From: Octopus bimaculoides
Lineage: Eukaryota
DNA: 64,000 nucleotides
Reading direction: 5' to 3'
NCBI RefSeq assembly: GCF_001194135.2
Contig: NC_068985.1
Span: 38,397,482-38,461,481 of the forward strand
A program made the position numbers and the translations under genes. This document shows positions 1 to 12,826 of the stretch, piece after piece. Under the pieces are notes generated by a model, which worked only from the letters and a program-made list of their open reading frames with translations, was not told the DNA's origin and searched no databases. Each line of letters starts with the position of its first letter. Position 1 is the stretch's first letter.

Positions 1-43
<43 letters not shown>

Positions 44-195
44 TATGAGAGGTATTAGTGTCAAGAAGAACCAAAGGTATCAGGTAATGCTGAGTAAGTG
101 CTATGTAGAGACTATAGGTAAGCTTAAGGTTCAATAATGATACGAATGAGGAGTCCAACGTAGGTTGTGTATTAGCATGTATATATATGAAAATT

Positions 196-702
196 TACAG
201 AATGAGATAAAAAGTCCAAGGCTGTGAATAGTTTTCAGAACATTTATAAACAGAAGGTCTTACAGCTGTTTCCGGGATATTTTATATATCCTTTCATCAG
301 AGACGGTGCGACAAAATGTTTAAGTAATAGTTATTAGAGAGAAGATATGAAATACAGAGTGAAGTGGAGGAATGAAAACAGACGTGAGATATTTCAAAAA
401 AACCCTCAATCGAATAACACCGTTTATAAGGCTCTATGCTTGGAATGACCAATTTATAAACACCATTGGAACTTGCACACAAGGTACAGGAAACTTATAT
501 ATACACCATTCTGTTTAAATAATGGAACTGTAAACACAATATCTTTACGTATCTGATATCTGTTTTCATTCCTCCACTTCACTCTCTATTTCATATCTTC
601 TATATAACAACTATTATTATCCCGGAAACAGCTGTAAGATCTTCTCTTTATAAAAGTTGTGAAAACTATTCACACCCTTCGATTTTTTATCTCATTCTGT
701 TA
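196..702. mobile_element. Penelope-like element remnant with inverted pseudo-LTR arms (about 196-395 on -, 539-702 on +)
   Basis: Arms are reverse complements (tgttttcattcctccacttcactc, cccggaaacagctgtaaga, gaaaactattcaca..tttttatctcattctgt). The spacer reads KQNGVYKFPVPC on -, weakly GIY-YIG-like. The left arm carries a hammerhead core. Confidence 0.7.
256..305 (-). ncRNA. Minimal type I hammerhead ribozyme motif, possibly decayed at the base of stem II
   Basis: Minus strand: cGUCU-CUGAUGA-aa-GGAUAU-auaaa-AUAUCC-cg-GAAAC-agcu-GUA-AGACc. Stem I GUCU/AGAC, stem II 6 bp, palindromic stem III ACAGCUGU. Confidence 0.7.
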
Positions 703-768
703 ATATAGATAAATAAATAAATAAATAAATGAATATATATATATATATATATATATATNNNNNNNNNN

Positions 769-804
<36 letters not shown>

Positions 805-1337
805 CAAATGATGTAGTAATCAATATGCCTAGCATTATAGTAAACGTACATAACTTTTCTATTAATTCAAATTTGCAACCGGAAAGACGTTTGTCAGTTG
901 GCATATAAGGAAAAAATATACTTTGACGTGCAATCTGAAGAATGTTTCCAAGGCGAGAAGTTTGAAGTAATGAAAAATGATTTCACTTTCAGTTTTTATG
1001 TAGACGTGTGTGTGTGTATGTATGCGTGCGTGTGCGTGTGTATAGACATTCCTTTACACGTTCATATCACACTACAATAAAAGTATAATAAAAAGCCAGT
1101 GATATGTGTTTTGTGCCAATAACCGCCTAGTGATTAATAGGCAATAGTGTGCTATTCCCATTTACTTCTAAAATCTGCTATGCTGACCCATATCCACCTC
1201 TTCTACTCATCTCGCATTCATTCACACACGCGCGCGGGCGGCGAAGACTTTTTCCACCTACATAGAATTTGTATGTCTTACATCTTCACAAAGTTTCTCC
1301 ACATCAAACCTATTTCTTTTCTGAAAGTTCACTTTCT

Positions 1338-1342
<5 letters not shown>

Positions 1343-1395
<53 letters not shown>

Positions 1396-1534
1396 TCTGT
1401 TTCTCTTTCTCTCTCTGTCTCTGTCTCTCTCTCTACCTCTTTCCTTCTCCCTCTCTCTATCTATCTCTCTATCTCTCTTCCTTTATTTGCTTACCTTCCT
1501 ACCTACCTACCTGCCTACCTACCTACCTACCTAC

Positions 1535-1577
<43 letters not shown>

Positions 1578-1715
1578 CTTGTCTGTCTGTCTGCCTAACT
1601 ACCTGTCTGTCTATCTCTCTATGCATGTATACATATATGTATGTACGTATGTATGTATGTATGTATGCAGGTATGTATATGCATATGTATACATATAAGT
1701 ATGTATGTATGTAAA
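1343..1715. repeat. Compound microsatellite (CT)n-(CTAC)n-(CTAT)n-(TATG)n
   Basis: Read directly; explains ORFs 1147-1714. Confidence 0.97.
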
Positions 1716-2039
1716 TCTTGTTAGTTCCCTCTGTATTCTCATTCTATTACTTTGTTCTACCAACATTCCCTGTCTCCAGCTCTCTTATTGTCAATTTTCC
1801 CCAGTCCTTTTATATTCTTCCCCTCTCAACTCCCCCCTCTCTCTCTCTCTCATGTTATAGCTATATGTATTCCTTTGTTCTTTCTACGAATCACGTCCGT
1901 CGTTGTCACTCTGTTGTTCTGGTAGTATGTCTCTATGTCCGTTTCTTTATCTATCTGTATATTTATCTATCTTTTATCTTTTCTCTTTCAGTTGTTTCTG
2001 TCATTAGACTGTGGCCATGCTGGAGCATGTATGTATGTA

Positions 2040-2168
2040 TATCATTGTTCAGTTTTATTTCAAGATTTCTTGCCGATAGAGAGAAAGAGCCGGTTTTTAA
2101 ACTAGATTCAAGGCTCTTTCATTGAAATTTCAACATCAATAACACCATCAATATTTTTGTTTCCTTGT
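2040..2168 (-). mobile_element. Short 3'-terminal copy of the R4-like LINE family found at 52.7 kb
   Basis: Homologous to 52708-52825 (tcagtt(t)tatttcaa.atttcttgcc...ctagat.caagg.tc.ttcattg.aatttcaacatcaa); flanked by (TATG)n on both sides. Confidence 0.7.
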
Positions 2169-2243
2169 ATGTATGTATGCATGCATGTATGTATGTATGT
2201 ATGTATACATGTATGTATGTATGTATGTATGTATGTATGCATG

Positions 2244-2274
<31 letters not shown>

Positions 2275-2275
2275 C
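2160..2275. repeat. (TATG)n microsatellite
   Basis: Read directly. Confidence 0.97.
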
Positions 2276-2779
2276 TGTCTATCTATCTGTCACTAATTTT
2301 CACTCCTAAATTTTCCCATACTTCCCACTATACATATATCTCTTCCTTATTTTCTACCCCTTCTTTTTACTCTCCCATACATTCTCTCTCTGTTTCTCCA
2401 CCAACCTATCTTCTGGCCTTTCCTTTACTTTACAACCACATTTCCCAAATTTCTTTTGCATCTCCTCTACCTCCATTAAATTTTCCACACCTCATTTTTC
2501 ATCGTTTAACATTAGTGTTCATGGTGTATTTCGGAAACTTTCTTAAATAAAGTTCTAAAACACGCGCCCTCTGACCACCCGCCCATCCATCCACCCATCC
2601 CTATATCCATACATACATCTATCCATCCATCCATCCATCCGTCCATCCATCCATCATTTCGTTTTTGTTCTACAAGAAATGTTGACAACTTAGACGGAAA
2701 TTACTGAACAACATGTAAGGTTCCTCTTACCCCTCTCTCTCTTATCACTAACACTTTAACCATTGTAATACTTCGTTCT

Positions 2780-2798
2780 TAATCATTACAACCATCGC

Positions 2799-2834
<36 letters not shown>

Positions 2835-3025
2835 TATCTCCACCGTCTCCTTCCTCCTCCTCCTCCTCCTCCTCATCATCATAATGATAATCATCATTTT
2901 CATCACCTTCACGATTGTCACTGGGATCGTCATCTTCATCTTCATCGTCGTCGGCAGCAGCACCATTATCATTATCCTCATCATCGTAGTCCTCTTTGTC
3001 ATCATCATCATCGTCGTTGTCGTCG

Positions 3026-3071
<46 letters not shown>

Positions 3072-3367
3072 TATCATTATCCTCCTCCTCCTCCTCCTGG
3101 CCCTCCTCCTCNNNNNNNNNNNNNNNNNNNNNNNNNNNNNNNNNNNNNNNNNNNNNNNNNNNNNNNNNNNNNNNNNNNNNNNNNNNNNNNNNNNNNNNNN
3201 NNNNNNNNNNNNNNNNNNNNNNNNNNNNNNNNNNNNNNNNNNNNNNNNNNNNNNNNNNNNNNNNNNNNNNNNNNNNNNNNNNNNNNNNNNNNNNNNNNNN
3301 NNNNNNNNNNNNNNNNNNNNNNNNNNNNNNNNNNNNNNNNNNNNNNNNNNNNNNNNNNNNNNNNNNN

Positions 3368-3409
<42 letters not shown>

Positions 3410-3505
3410 TATCCTCCTCCTCCTCCTCCTCCTGGCCCTCCTCCTCCTGGCCCTCCTCCTCCTGGCCCTCCTCCTCCTCCTGGCCCTCCTCCTCCTCCTG
3501 GCTCT
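2780..3505. repeat. (CAT)n/(CCT)n trinucleotide low-complexity tract spanning a gap
   Basis: Read directly; the catcattatcctcctcct...ggccctcct junction occurs on both sides of the gap. Confidence 0.95.
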
Positions 3506-3669
3506 CCCCCGGAACCATGTAGTTCGTAAGCAAGCTACTTACCACACAGCCATTCCTGCGTCTATAATCTTGACTGAAATGCCTTTGACCAGGGGTTAAT
3601 CGACAATAATATAACAATGTTACATAATTTAGCCATATTCCAGCATCAGTACTTTACATATTTTAAACC

Positions 3670-3800
3670 GGCGTGCAGGGAGAATCGTTATTACGTCGGG
3701 CGAAATGCTTATCGCCATCGATAAAATAAGAACCAGTCATGTACTGGGGTCGATGTAATCGACTTGTCCGAAATTGCTGGCCTTGTGCCAAAATTTTAAA
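3670..3800 (+). mobile_element. SINE family A, internally deleted copy
   Basis: agaatcgtta..gggcgaaatgctta head joined to gtactggggtcgatgtaatcgactt..ccttgtgcc 3' part. Confidence 0.7.
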
Positions 3801-5166
3801 TCAATGTTTTACACATTCAGCATTTACTAATACATAATTTGCAGGAGGAAAATAGGGACACAAAATGCAAGGAACAATCTGTCTTAACCACAGTCTTATA
3901 CATTTCTTTCCATCAAACTCAAAAAATGAAGAGGAACGGCAGAAAGGAGGAAAGCGAGACAAATCTGTCGGAAAGATTCCAAACTTAAAAGGACCGCGAA
4001 GGTCTAACAAAATGGACTTACATATAAAACAGTGAAACAAGCGATTTTTCAAGCATTTTGCTGCACTTTTATAAAACTTAGATAAGCATTTTCCAGTGTT
4101 TCTGNNNNNNNNNNNNNNNNNNNNNNNNNNNNNNNNNNNNNNNNNNNNNNNNNNNNNNNNNNNNNNNNNNNNNNNNNNNNNNNNNNNNNNNNNNNNNNNN
4201 NNNNNNNNNNNNNNNNNNNNNNNNNNNNNNNNNNNNNNNNNNNNNNNNNNNNNNNNNNNNNNNNNNNNNNNNNNNNNNNNNNNNNNNNNNNNNNNNNNNN
4301 NNNNNNNNNNNNNNNNNNNNNNNNNNNNNNNNNNNNNNNNNNNNNNNNNNNNNNNNNNNNNNNNNNNNNNNNNNNNNNNNNNNNNNNNNNNNNNNNNNNN
4401 NNNNNNNNNNNNNNNNNNNNNNNNNNNNNNNNNNNNNNNNNNNNNNNNNNNNNNNNNNNNNNNNNNNNNNNNNNNNNNNNNNNNNNNNNNNNNNNNNNNN
4501 NNNNNNNNNNNNNNNNNNNNNNNNNNNNNNNNNNNNNNNNNNNNNNNNNNNNNNNNNNNNNNNNNNNNNNNNNNNNNNNNNNNNNNNNNNNNNNNNNNNN
4601 NNNNNNNNNNNNNNNNCAAACTTAAAAGGACCGCGAAGGTCTAACAAAATGGACTTACATATAAAACAGTGAAACAAGCGATTTTTCAAGCATTTTGCTG
4701 CACTTTTATAAAACTTAGATAAGCATTTTCCAGTGTTTCTGCAGATTAATAGATTTCTGTAATTTCATTCAGACTGAGAAAAACGTCTTACCTCCTTTGT
4801 TTTGGTTTTGATGAGAGATTTATGATGTTATTTCATCCAGGTTGCTTCAGTGTTTCTATTAAAGATCTTGCGGCATCTGTGAGTTGCAGAAGTTTTGAAG
4901 AATCAGAAGAATAATATCAATCATATGCTTTGACAGGGAAATATTCGCCAGTTCAATTTTATATGGTAAGATCTCATTAGGAAGAAAACAGAGTTATAGA
5001 AAAGCTGAAGAACTCGTTCTTTATTAATCAAACCTTCCCGAAACACACAGATACCATAACATCTTTATGTTGGTTCAGGTTTGGGCTAACACAGTGCAAA
5101 ACATGAAAGGCTTTCTAGTGTTCTCGTTTAGAGGTGTGAATGACTTTGTAATATATTTGATAAATG

Positions 5167-5181
5167 TACACACACACACAC

Positions 5182-5250
<69 letters not shown>
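5167..5250. repeat. (CA)n microsatellite
   Basis: Read directly. Confidence 0.97.
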
Positions 5251-5253
<3 letters not shown>

Positions 5254-6014
5254 TAATGTACTTATATAAGTTTCTGATTAAATATCAATCTAACTTTACA
5301 TAAATATAACAATATATTCTTCTGCAAGAGGTTGCTGGAACTATAACCAGAGAAATATTAAATGGTGACATAAAATTATTATTAAAATGTATTGTTTAAA
5401 AGTTTAGTGATTAATAATCGTGTGTTGCATAATCAGAAAAGATTCATCATACTAAGAGGTGTGGAAGTGTAAGAAGATGGTAGAGCTATGATGCAGTTTA
5501 CAATAGTGGCGACTTCTATCCTAACATAATAGCTATAAGCTAGTCTATAAGGTGACATGTCAGTGAACTTAATTATTATTTCAATATTGGCTTTGTTTTC
5601 AAGTTAGCCTGAATATTTGTTCTGTTACCGCCAATTCTATAATAATTGATGAAGATTCAGCAGTTTGAATAATAGATGGTTATACTAAAATGATTGTTAT
5701 TAATAAAATAATTTGAAATAGTTAGAGCTAATGAGGGAAAATACGGTGTACCTACTTTACAATATTCTTAGAATAATAGTAATCCATTGATCATATTCAG
5801 TTAAGCAGAAATATGGTTTATATGAGGCAATAAATCTAGAAATTGCACCTTCAGCTATTAGCTAGGTGTTGGATGTATGATAATCTAGAACTACACATAA
5901 GCAGCAAAAATAACTGCAGATAATTGATCAATAAAGCAGCAATTTAGTGATATCTTGAGGTTCGATTTTCATAATATCCCATGTTATACGTGTCAGGAAC
6001 CCACTTTACATCCA

Positions 6015-6248
6015 GGCGGCGAGCTGGCAGAAACGATAGCACACCGGGCGAAATGCTTAGCGGTATTTCGTCTGCCGCTACGTTCTGAGTTCAAAATCGG
6101 ACCAGGTCGACTTAGCCTTTCATCCTTTCGGGTTCGATTAAATAAATAGCAGTTACGCACTGGGCTCGATATAATCGACTTAATCCGTTTGTCTGTCCTT
6201 GTTTGTCCTCTCTGTGTGTAGACTCTTGTGGGCAATAAAGAAATATGA
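6015..6248 (+). mobile_element. tRNA-derived SINE family A, full length
   Basis: ggcggcgagctggcagaa head, B-box-like gagttcaaa, A-rich tail; exact 17-bp TSD aacccactttacatcca at 5998-6014 and 6249-6265. Confidence 0.92.
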
Positions 6249-7552
6249 AACCCACTTTACATCCATAGTTTTGCCTTCTACTTGCTATCGTCCCTGTTAT
6301 CATTCACCACCTACCTTGAGGTAAACCACATGATGCAATATGTTGTCAATTCCGTCGGCAATGACCATGATATTGCTATTTCAACGCATATATATATAAA
6401 CGGCAATCGGAGTTTTGTAATAATAATATACACTCCATCTGTCGTGATTCACAGCGAGACAGCATGAACTTTTGCAAGAATCTGCTCGCCTACATGTCTA
6501 TATCCACCAGCGTGTTAATGGGATCTCGTGCATTTGAAAAACTTATAAGAGTCATTATAGAAAATCCTGCTAAAACAAACACCACACATAGATATAACTT
6601 CAAAACTTTCGTTTATGACTAATGATTTCTCTCATTCTAAATTTAGTCTCCATCTTAGCACTTCACTTGGCATCATTCTTTGGTAGCATGGAGATGCTAC
6701 CAAACTTTTTAATGTACTACTCCCTGATAGTTGAAATCCACTAATTTCCGATGTCAATATATGTACATATATCCATTCTGCCAGGCACGGAATAAGTATT
6801 ATTGTTACATCTCGTCTTGGGATAGATAAATTTCGGCTCTTCTGTTTACACTTCAGTGCCAATGTTCTGAATAAACCCTCACAGCGGTGGTTGTACAAGG
6901 TTTCCTCTCGTTGACCCTTATCCTCAGTAATGTCTTGTTAGTTTCGACAGACATCATTAAAAGACATGGTGAAGTCGAACACACCTACATACAGCCGATA
7001 TTCCATCATATACAAGTCGGTAGTCATGTACTGGGATGGTAAAACATATAAATGTTGAAACCTAGCGGAACTTGTGGGATTCTTGTTTGCAATTTAGAAC
7101 AAAGAAAACTCCAATGATTTGCATTAGAACAGTGGGTAGCAAAGATTTCTTCAGATCATTTGTACAGCCTGAGAATTCAAATCATTTGTACAGCCAGAGA
7201 AATCCGAACCGCCTTCTCTATAAACTGACGTTCTTCTTGCCATCAAGACAATCCCTTGCTCTCTACACCGGGGAGCAATATGAGCAGGGTTATTCAGTTC
7301 ACGAAGAGTTCTCGTTCTTGATTAGTTACAGTTTATCTGTTAGGATAATGCATTCCTTAATACTTTCTTTTGTCAGCATTTTCCTAAGAAGCTGAATCTT
7401 CCGGTGCCAGTGTGGTTTTGTAAATATTTTACGCGATGTGATTTTTGCTCGTGGCATGTAAGAGATACGGACAACCTCACAATTAATTTCACATTTCTCC
7501 AAGACAATTTTGTATCAGAAAATACTTGACCAGCTTAGAAAAGCAAAACCAT

Positions 7553-7590
<38 letters not shown>

Positions 7591-8345
7591 NNNNNNNNNN
7601 NNNNNNNNNNNNNNNNNNNNNNNNNNNNNNNNNNNNNNNNNNNNNNNNNNNNNNNNNNNNNNNNNNNNNNNNNNNNNNNNNNNNNNNNNNNNNNNNNNNN
7701 NNNNNNNNNNNNNNNNNNNNNNNNNNNNNNNNNNNNNNNNNNNNNNNNNNNNNNNNNNNNNNNNNNNNNNNNNNNNNNNNNNNNNNNNNNNNNNNNNNNN
7801 NNNNNNNNNNNNNNNNNNNNNNNNNNNNNNNNNNNNNNNNNNNNNNNNNNNNNNNNNNNNNNNNNNNNNNNNNNNNNNNNNNNNNNNNNNNNNNNNNNNN
7901 NNNNNNNNNNNNNNNNNNNNNNNNNNNNNNNNNNNNNNNNNNNNNNNNNNNNNNNNNNNNNNNNNNNNNNNNNNNNNNNNNNNNNNNNNNNNNNNNNNNN
8001 NNNNNNNNNNNNNNNNNNNNNNNNNNNNNNNNNNNNNNNNNNNNNNNNNNNNNNNNNNNNNNNNNNNNNNNNNNNNNNNNNNNNNNNNNNNNNNNNNNNN
8101 NNNNNNNNNNNNNNNNNNNNNNNNNNNNNNNNNNNNNNNNNNNNNNNNNNNNNNNNNNNNNNNNNNNNNNNNNNNNNNNNNNNNNNNNNNNNNNNNNNNN
8201 NNNNNNNNNNNNNNNNNNNNNNNNNNNNNNNNNNNNNNNNNNNNNNNNNNNNNNNNNNNNNNNNNNNNNNNNNNNNNNNNNNNNNNNNNNNNNNNNNNNN
8301 NNNNNNNNNNNNNNNNNNNNNNNNNNNNNNNNNNNNNNNNNNNNN

Positions 8346-8556
8346 GGCAGTAAATCAAAAGTTCATAAATACTATCTGTAATTCTGTATTGACTCGAATG
8401 GAAAATTGTGTTGCTCAAGGAGAACTTCAGTTTGAACAATTTTCATGATGTTTAATATCTCGATGCTTTTATTATATTCATTCAGTTGTTAAACATAAAT
8501 AAATCTTGGATTTAAATGGTTCTGTTTTACTGTCAGGTGACTTTTGGCCAACCCTG
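8346..8556 (+). mobile_element. Tc1/mariner 3' end with terminal inverted repeat
   Basis: AVNQKFINTICNSVLTRMENCVAQGELQFEQ resembles a Tc1/mariner C-terminus; ends actgtcaggtgacttttggccaaccctg followed by TA; the 5' part lies in a gap. Confidence 0.75.
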
Positions 8557-9137
8557 TATGTGTGTGTGTGTGTGTGTGTGTGTGAGTGTGTGTGAATACA
8601 CACAGTACTCATACCTGTACAGATATATATCAAATATATGTAAAAAAACACAATGTATGTATGGGCGCATGTTCAATAGTGCGTTTGTGTGTGAGTATGA
8701 ACTAATAGGTATTTATTTCCTCATTTGTCAACGCGATAACGTTCAGTCAGATTGGAGTGACAAAACCCGACATCCCTGTTCAGTTATTTCTTTTTACTTA
8801 CACTGATATGATAGACGTGCGTGTATGCATATCTGTATATATTTTTATCTGAGTTTCTATGAGAATATGTGTGCTTGCGTGTGTGCTCTTTCGCGTACGT
8901 GTGCAAGCGTGTGTGTCTCTGTGAGTGTGTTTGTGGATGGGCTTTGTGAGTGTGTTCGTTTATGTCTGTGTATACGTTTATTCAAACTTTTGCATTAACC
9001 TCAGAGGCTATCTGCAACGTATATGACAAGATTTCTTAGCTTTGAACTTCTTATCAGAAAATAGCAACAAATTACAAAGTAACCTTCTGAAAGGTTTCTC
9101 ATGATATTGTATGGTATTTGTGTGAAAAAAAAGAACA

Positions 9138-9235
9138 TTTTTTCTACTCTAGGCACAAGGCCTAAAATTTGTGGGGAGGAGGCCAGTCGATTAGATAAAC
9201 TCCAATTCGCAACTGGTACTTAATTTAATCGACCC
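9138..9235 (-). mobile_element. SINE family A 3' part, running into a gap
   Basis: ttctactctaggcacaaggcct..ctggtacttaattta.tcgaccc. Confidence 0.8.
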
Positions 9236-9994
9236 NNNNNNNNNNNNNNNNNNNNNNNNNNNNNNNNNNNNNNNNNNNNNNNNNNNNNNNNNNNNNNNNN
9301 NNNNNNNNNNNNNNNNNNNNNNNNNNNNNNNNNNNNNNNNNNNNNNNNNNNNNNNNNNNNNNNNNNNNNNNNNNNNNNNNNNNNNNNNNNNNNNNNNNNN
9401 NNNNNNNNNNNNNNNNNNNNNNNNNNNNNNNNNNNNNNNNNNNNNNNNNNNNNNNNNNNNNNNNNNNNNNNNNNNNNNNNNNNNNNNNNNNNNNNNNNNN
9501 NNNNNNNNNNNNNNNNNNNNNNNNNNNNNNNNNNNNNNNNNNNNNNNNNNNNNNNNNNNNNNNNNNNNNNNNNNNNNNNNNNNNNNNNNNNNNNNNNNNN
9601 NNNNNNNNNNNNNNNNNNNNNNNNNNNNNNNNNNNNNNNNNNNNNNNNNNNNNNNNNNNNNNNNNNNNNNNNNNNNNNNNNNNNNNNNNNNNNNNNNNNN
9701 NNNNNNNNNNNNNNNNNNNNNNNNNNNNNNNNNNNNNNNNNNNNNNNNNNNNNNNNNNNNNNNNNNNNNNNNNNNNNNNNNNNNNNNNNNNNNNNNNNNN
9801 NNNNNNNNNNNNNNNNNNNNNNNNNNNNNNNNNNNNNNNNNNNNNNNNNNNNNNNNNNNNNNNNNNNNNNNNNNNNNNNNNNNNNNNNNNNNNNNNNNNN
9901 NNNNNNNNNNNNNNNNNNNNNNNNNNNNNNNNNNNNNNNNNNNNNNNNNNNNNNNNNNNNNNNNNNNNNNNNNNNNNNNNNNNNNNNNNNNNNN

Positions 9995-10036
<42 letters not shown>

Positions 10037-10079
10037 TCATATATGTGCATTTATATATATATACGTATATATATGTTCA

Positions 10080-10136
<57 letters not shown>

Positions 10137-10823
10137 GTTTACGTATATATTCACGTGTATATATATATGTGTGTGTGTGCATATATACATATAAATGTAT
10201 ATACATATATACACACATACATAAATAAGTGAATATTTATAAGTTTGTAAATGTATACATATGACTGCATATATATACATTTACTCAAACCCACGCACAC
10301 ATGCACACCCATATTATGATACACATGCAAGACAAGATATCCGTACTTAATTAATGTATTGTTTGGCAGAGTGTCACTAATTCAGATCTCTCTCTGGTTC
10401 CATACTCTGTAATTGGCTATCGTATTCTCGACACGAAGCGTCTCTCTGCCTTTCATTTGTTATGTCTAGAAACTTGCTGAAGAATTCGATTGTGTGTCGA
10501 CCCGAAGTGACATTCCACCCTGTAATTTCATTCCATCGTGCCGAACTTCACACACACAGGCATACACACACTACACACACGCGCACACACACACGCACAC
10601 ATATTTACACAGAGAAAAACTATACATCACGTGCACATACAGAGACTGGCACGTACGTTGAGGCCGCACAGCATAGATACATGCATTGCAAGGAAAATAA
10701 CATACACTCACAGCATAAACATTACATACATGCATATACAGACGGGGACACACGCACACACACAAACACACAAACACGCCCGCGCACACAAACGCGCGCG
10801 CGCACACGAACGCGCGCACAAAG

Positions 10824-10859
<36 letters not shown>

Positions 10860-11404
10860 GCACGCATACACGCATACACACACGCACACACACCCACATA
10901 CGAAGGGGAAGTGCGGATGCTATGTCTAACAGAGACACATGGGAACTTCTTCGATCCATAAATACACACACAAAATTAATACCACACACGCATGTATACG
11001 AACAAAGAGAGATACACATATGCCTTCAGTGAAATGAACATTGACATCAGTTTCTATAAATACAATTGTATGAATGATACTATGTATGCAATTATATATG
11101 TATATATACATACATACATATATANNNNNNNNNNNNNNNNNNNNNNNNNNNNNNNNNNNNNNNNNNNNNNNNNNNNNNNNNNNNNNNNNNNNNNNNNNNN
11201 NNNNNNNNNNNNNNNNNNNNNNNNNNNNNNNNNNNNNNNNNNNNNNNNNNNNNNNNNNNNNNNNNNNNNNNNNNNNNNNNNNNNNNNNNNNNNNNNNNNN
11301 NNNNNNNNNNNNNNNNNNNNNNNNNNNNNNNNNNNNNNNNNNNNNNNNNNNNNNNNNNNNNNNNNNNNAGAGAGAGAGAGAGAGAGAGAGAGAGATGTAT
11401 GCAT

Positions 11405-11800
11405 ACATGTCGCAATTTTGACCCTCCGCAAAATTCCAAATTTTATTTAATTTGCTTTGCGGGAGCAACTGTTTTATCGAAGGCGTAACTTGTCGTGAAA
11501 TGCTGGAAATACAGAGTAGAAAAAGAGCCGACAACTGATGAATGGTCGTTCTTTGTGTTGTTTGCCTTGTTTTCCATTTATTCCTTTCGTTGATCGAAAA
11601 AAAAGTTCATATTCCATGTCCTCGTACTTCGTGTTTTTTTTGTTGTTTACGTTTTGTGACGTCCTGTACCCACATATGCATATGTATGGGCGTATGTAAG
11701 TATGTATGTAAGTATGTATATATGCATATATATATATTATTTATATTATATTATATGTATATACACAGAGTGGGGGTAGGTGACTTTTCTGATATACATC
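11405..11800. mobile_element. Unclassified dispersed repeat, copy 1 (inverted relative to 26225-26622)
   Basis: aattttgaccctccgcaaaat..ttttatttaatttgctttgcgggag.aactgttttatcgaa..acaactgatgaa..gttcatattccatg..gtgacgtcctgt.cccacatatgc is shared with the reverse complement of 26345-26620. Confidence 0.8.
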
Positions 11801-12360
11801 GCAAAGAAACTCACTCACAGATACACACACACATACATCATACATACATGCATAAGTCTTCTATGCACCATTTTAAATTCGTGATTACCTGAGTCTACGT
11901 TTGTAAATGTGTGTGTGTATGTGTGACCTCCTATAACTGTCTGTCTCTCTACTTTTGTAGGGTCTTCCTTGTTACTGTCACATATTGTGAAATTTTAAAA
12001 TTACGTCAAATTTTCAAATTTGGTATATTGAAATAATTTCCCACGTTAAATCCGATTTAGTTACTTGCTTGTTCCATAAAAATGACAGAAAAATGTTACT
12101 GAGATTTAAAGTTTAACTAATTTCACCTAATCAGAAAACAAGATATGGAAGCTGGCATTTTCTACCTGATAACTGCATGATAGCTGACACTTTCTGCATA
12201 ACAGCTTTCCATCACAAAATGAATGCAAAATCATTGGGAGGAGGAATATTTTTATTCAAACGAAAACACATCATTACGACGACGAAAACTGTAAGAACTT
12301 CTGAAGTTTTAATGAATGAAGTCATCTAAAACAGTCGAACAGATACATGAATAATTTAAA

Positions 12361-12442
12361 ATGGAAAAGAATGCCCAACGAGGTTTTTTGGCGAACGATT
12401 GCACAAATCTGTCCCGATCAAGAGGCCTATCTGTCGGGGAAG
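12361..12442 (+). CDS. Candidate first coding exon (unverified)
   Basis: aaaATGG start context, open frame MEKNAQRGFLANDCTNLSRSRGLSVGE, donor AAG|GTATGG; no homology recognised. Confidence 0.2.
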
Positions 12443-12602
12443 GTATGGTCTGACATGGAATAAACAAAAGTTTATATTAGACATTTTATTGTAAAAATTG
12501 CCTGGCAACGACGGGCTATTCTTCAAAACTAAAATAATCTATCTATCTGTCACATCCCCATTGGCTGGTTAACAGAGTGATTATGTTGCACCACACACGG
12601 AC

Positions 12603-12645
<43 letters not shown>

Positions 12646-12698
12646 NNNNNNNNNNNNNNNNNNNNNNNNNNNNNNNNNNNNNNNNNNNNNNNNNNNNN

Positions 12699-12748
<50 letters not shown>

Positions 12749-12785
12749 ATGTATGCATACACACATGTATACACGTACATACACA

Positions 12786-12826
<41 letters not shown>

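Noticed and set aside
3410-3529. PPPPPPPGPPPPGPPPPG frame resembling a formin FH1 or WASP proline tract
   Set aside because: Continuous with (CAT)n, no splice acceptor or flanking domain, and duplicated across the gap; best read as an interrupted (CCT)n repeat.
3979-4741. 125-bp exact direct repeat (3979-4104 and 4617-4741)
   Set aside because: Identical copies abut both sides of an N gap, the pattern of an unmerged contig overlap.
4790-4970. Overlapping mini-exon candidates on both strands
   Set aside because: The minus candidate is closed in all three frames; the plus ones are under 40 bp with no support beyond splice dinucleotides.
11495-11550. GAAA...CUGAUGA as a permuted hammerhead in the dispersed repeat (also at 26490-26530)
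   Set aside because: No UH triplet or stems I and II could be paired in either copy.
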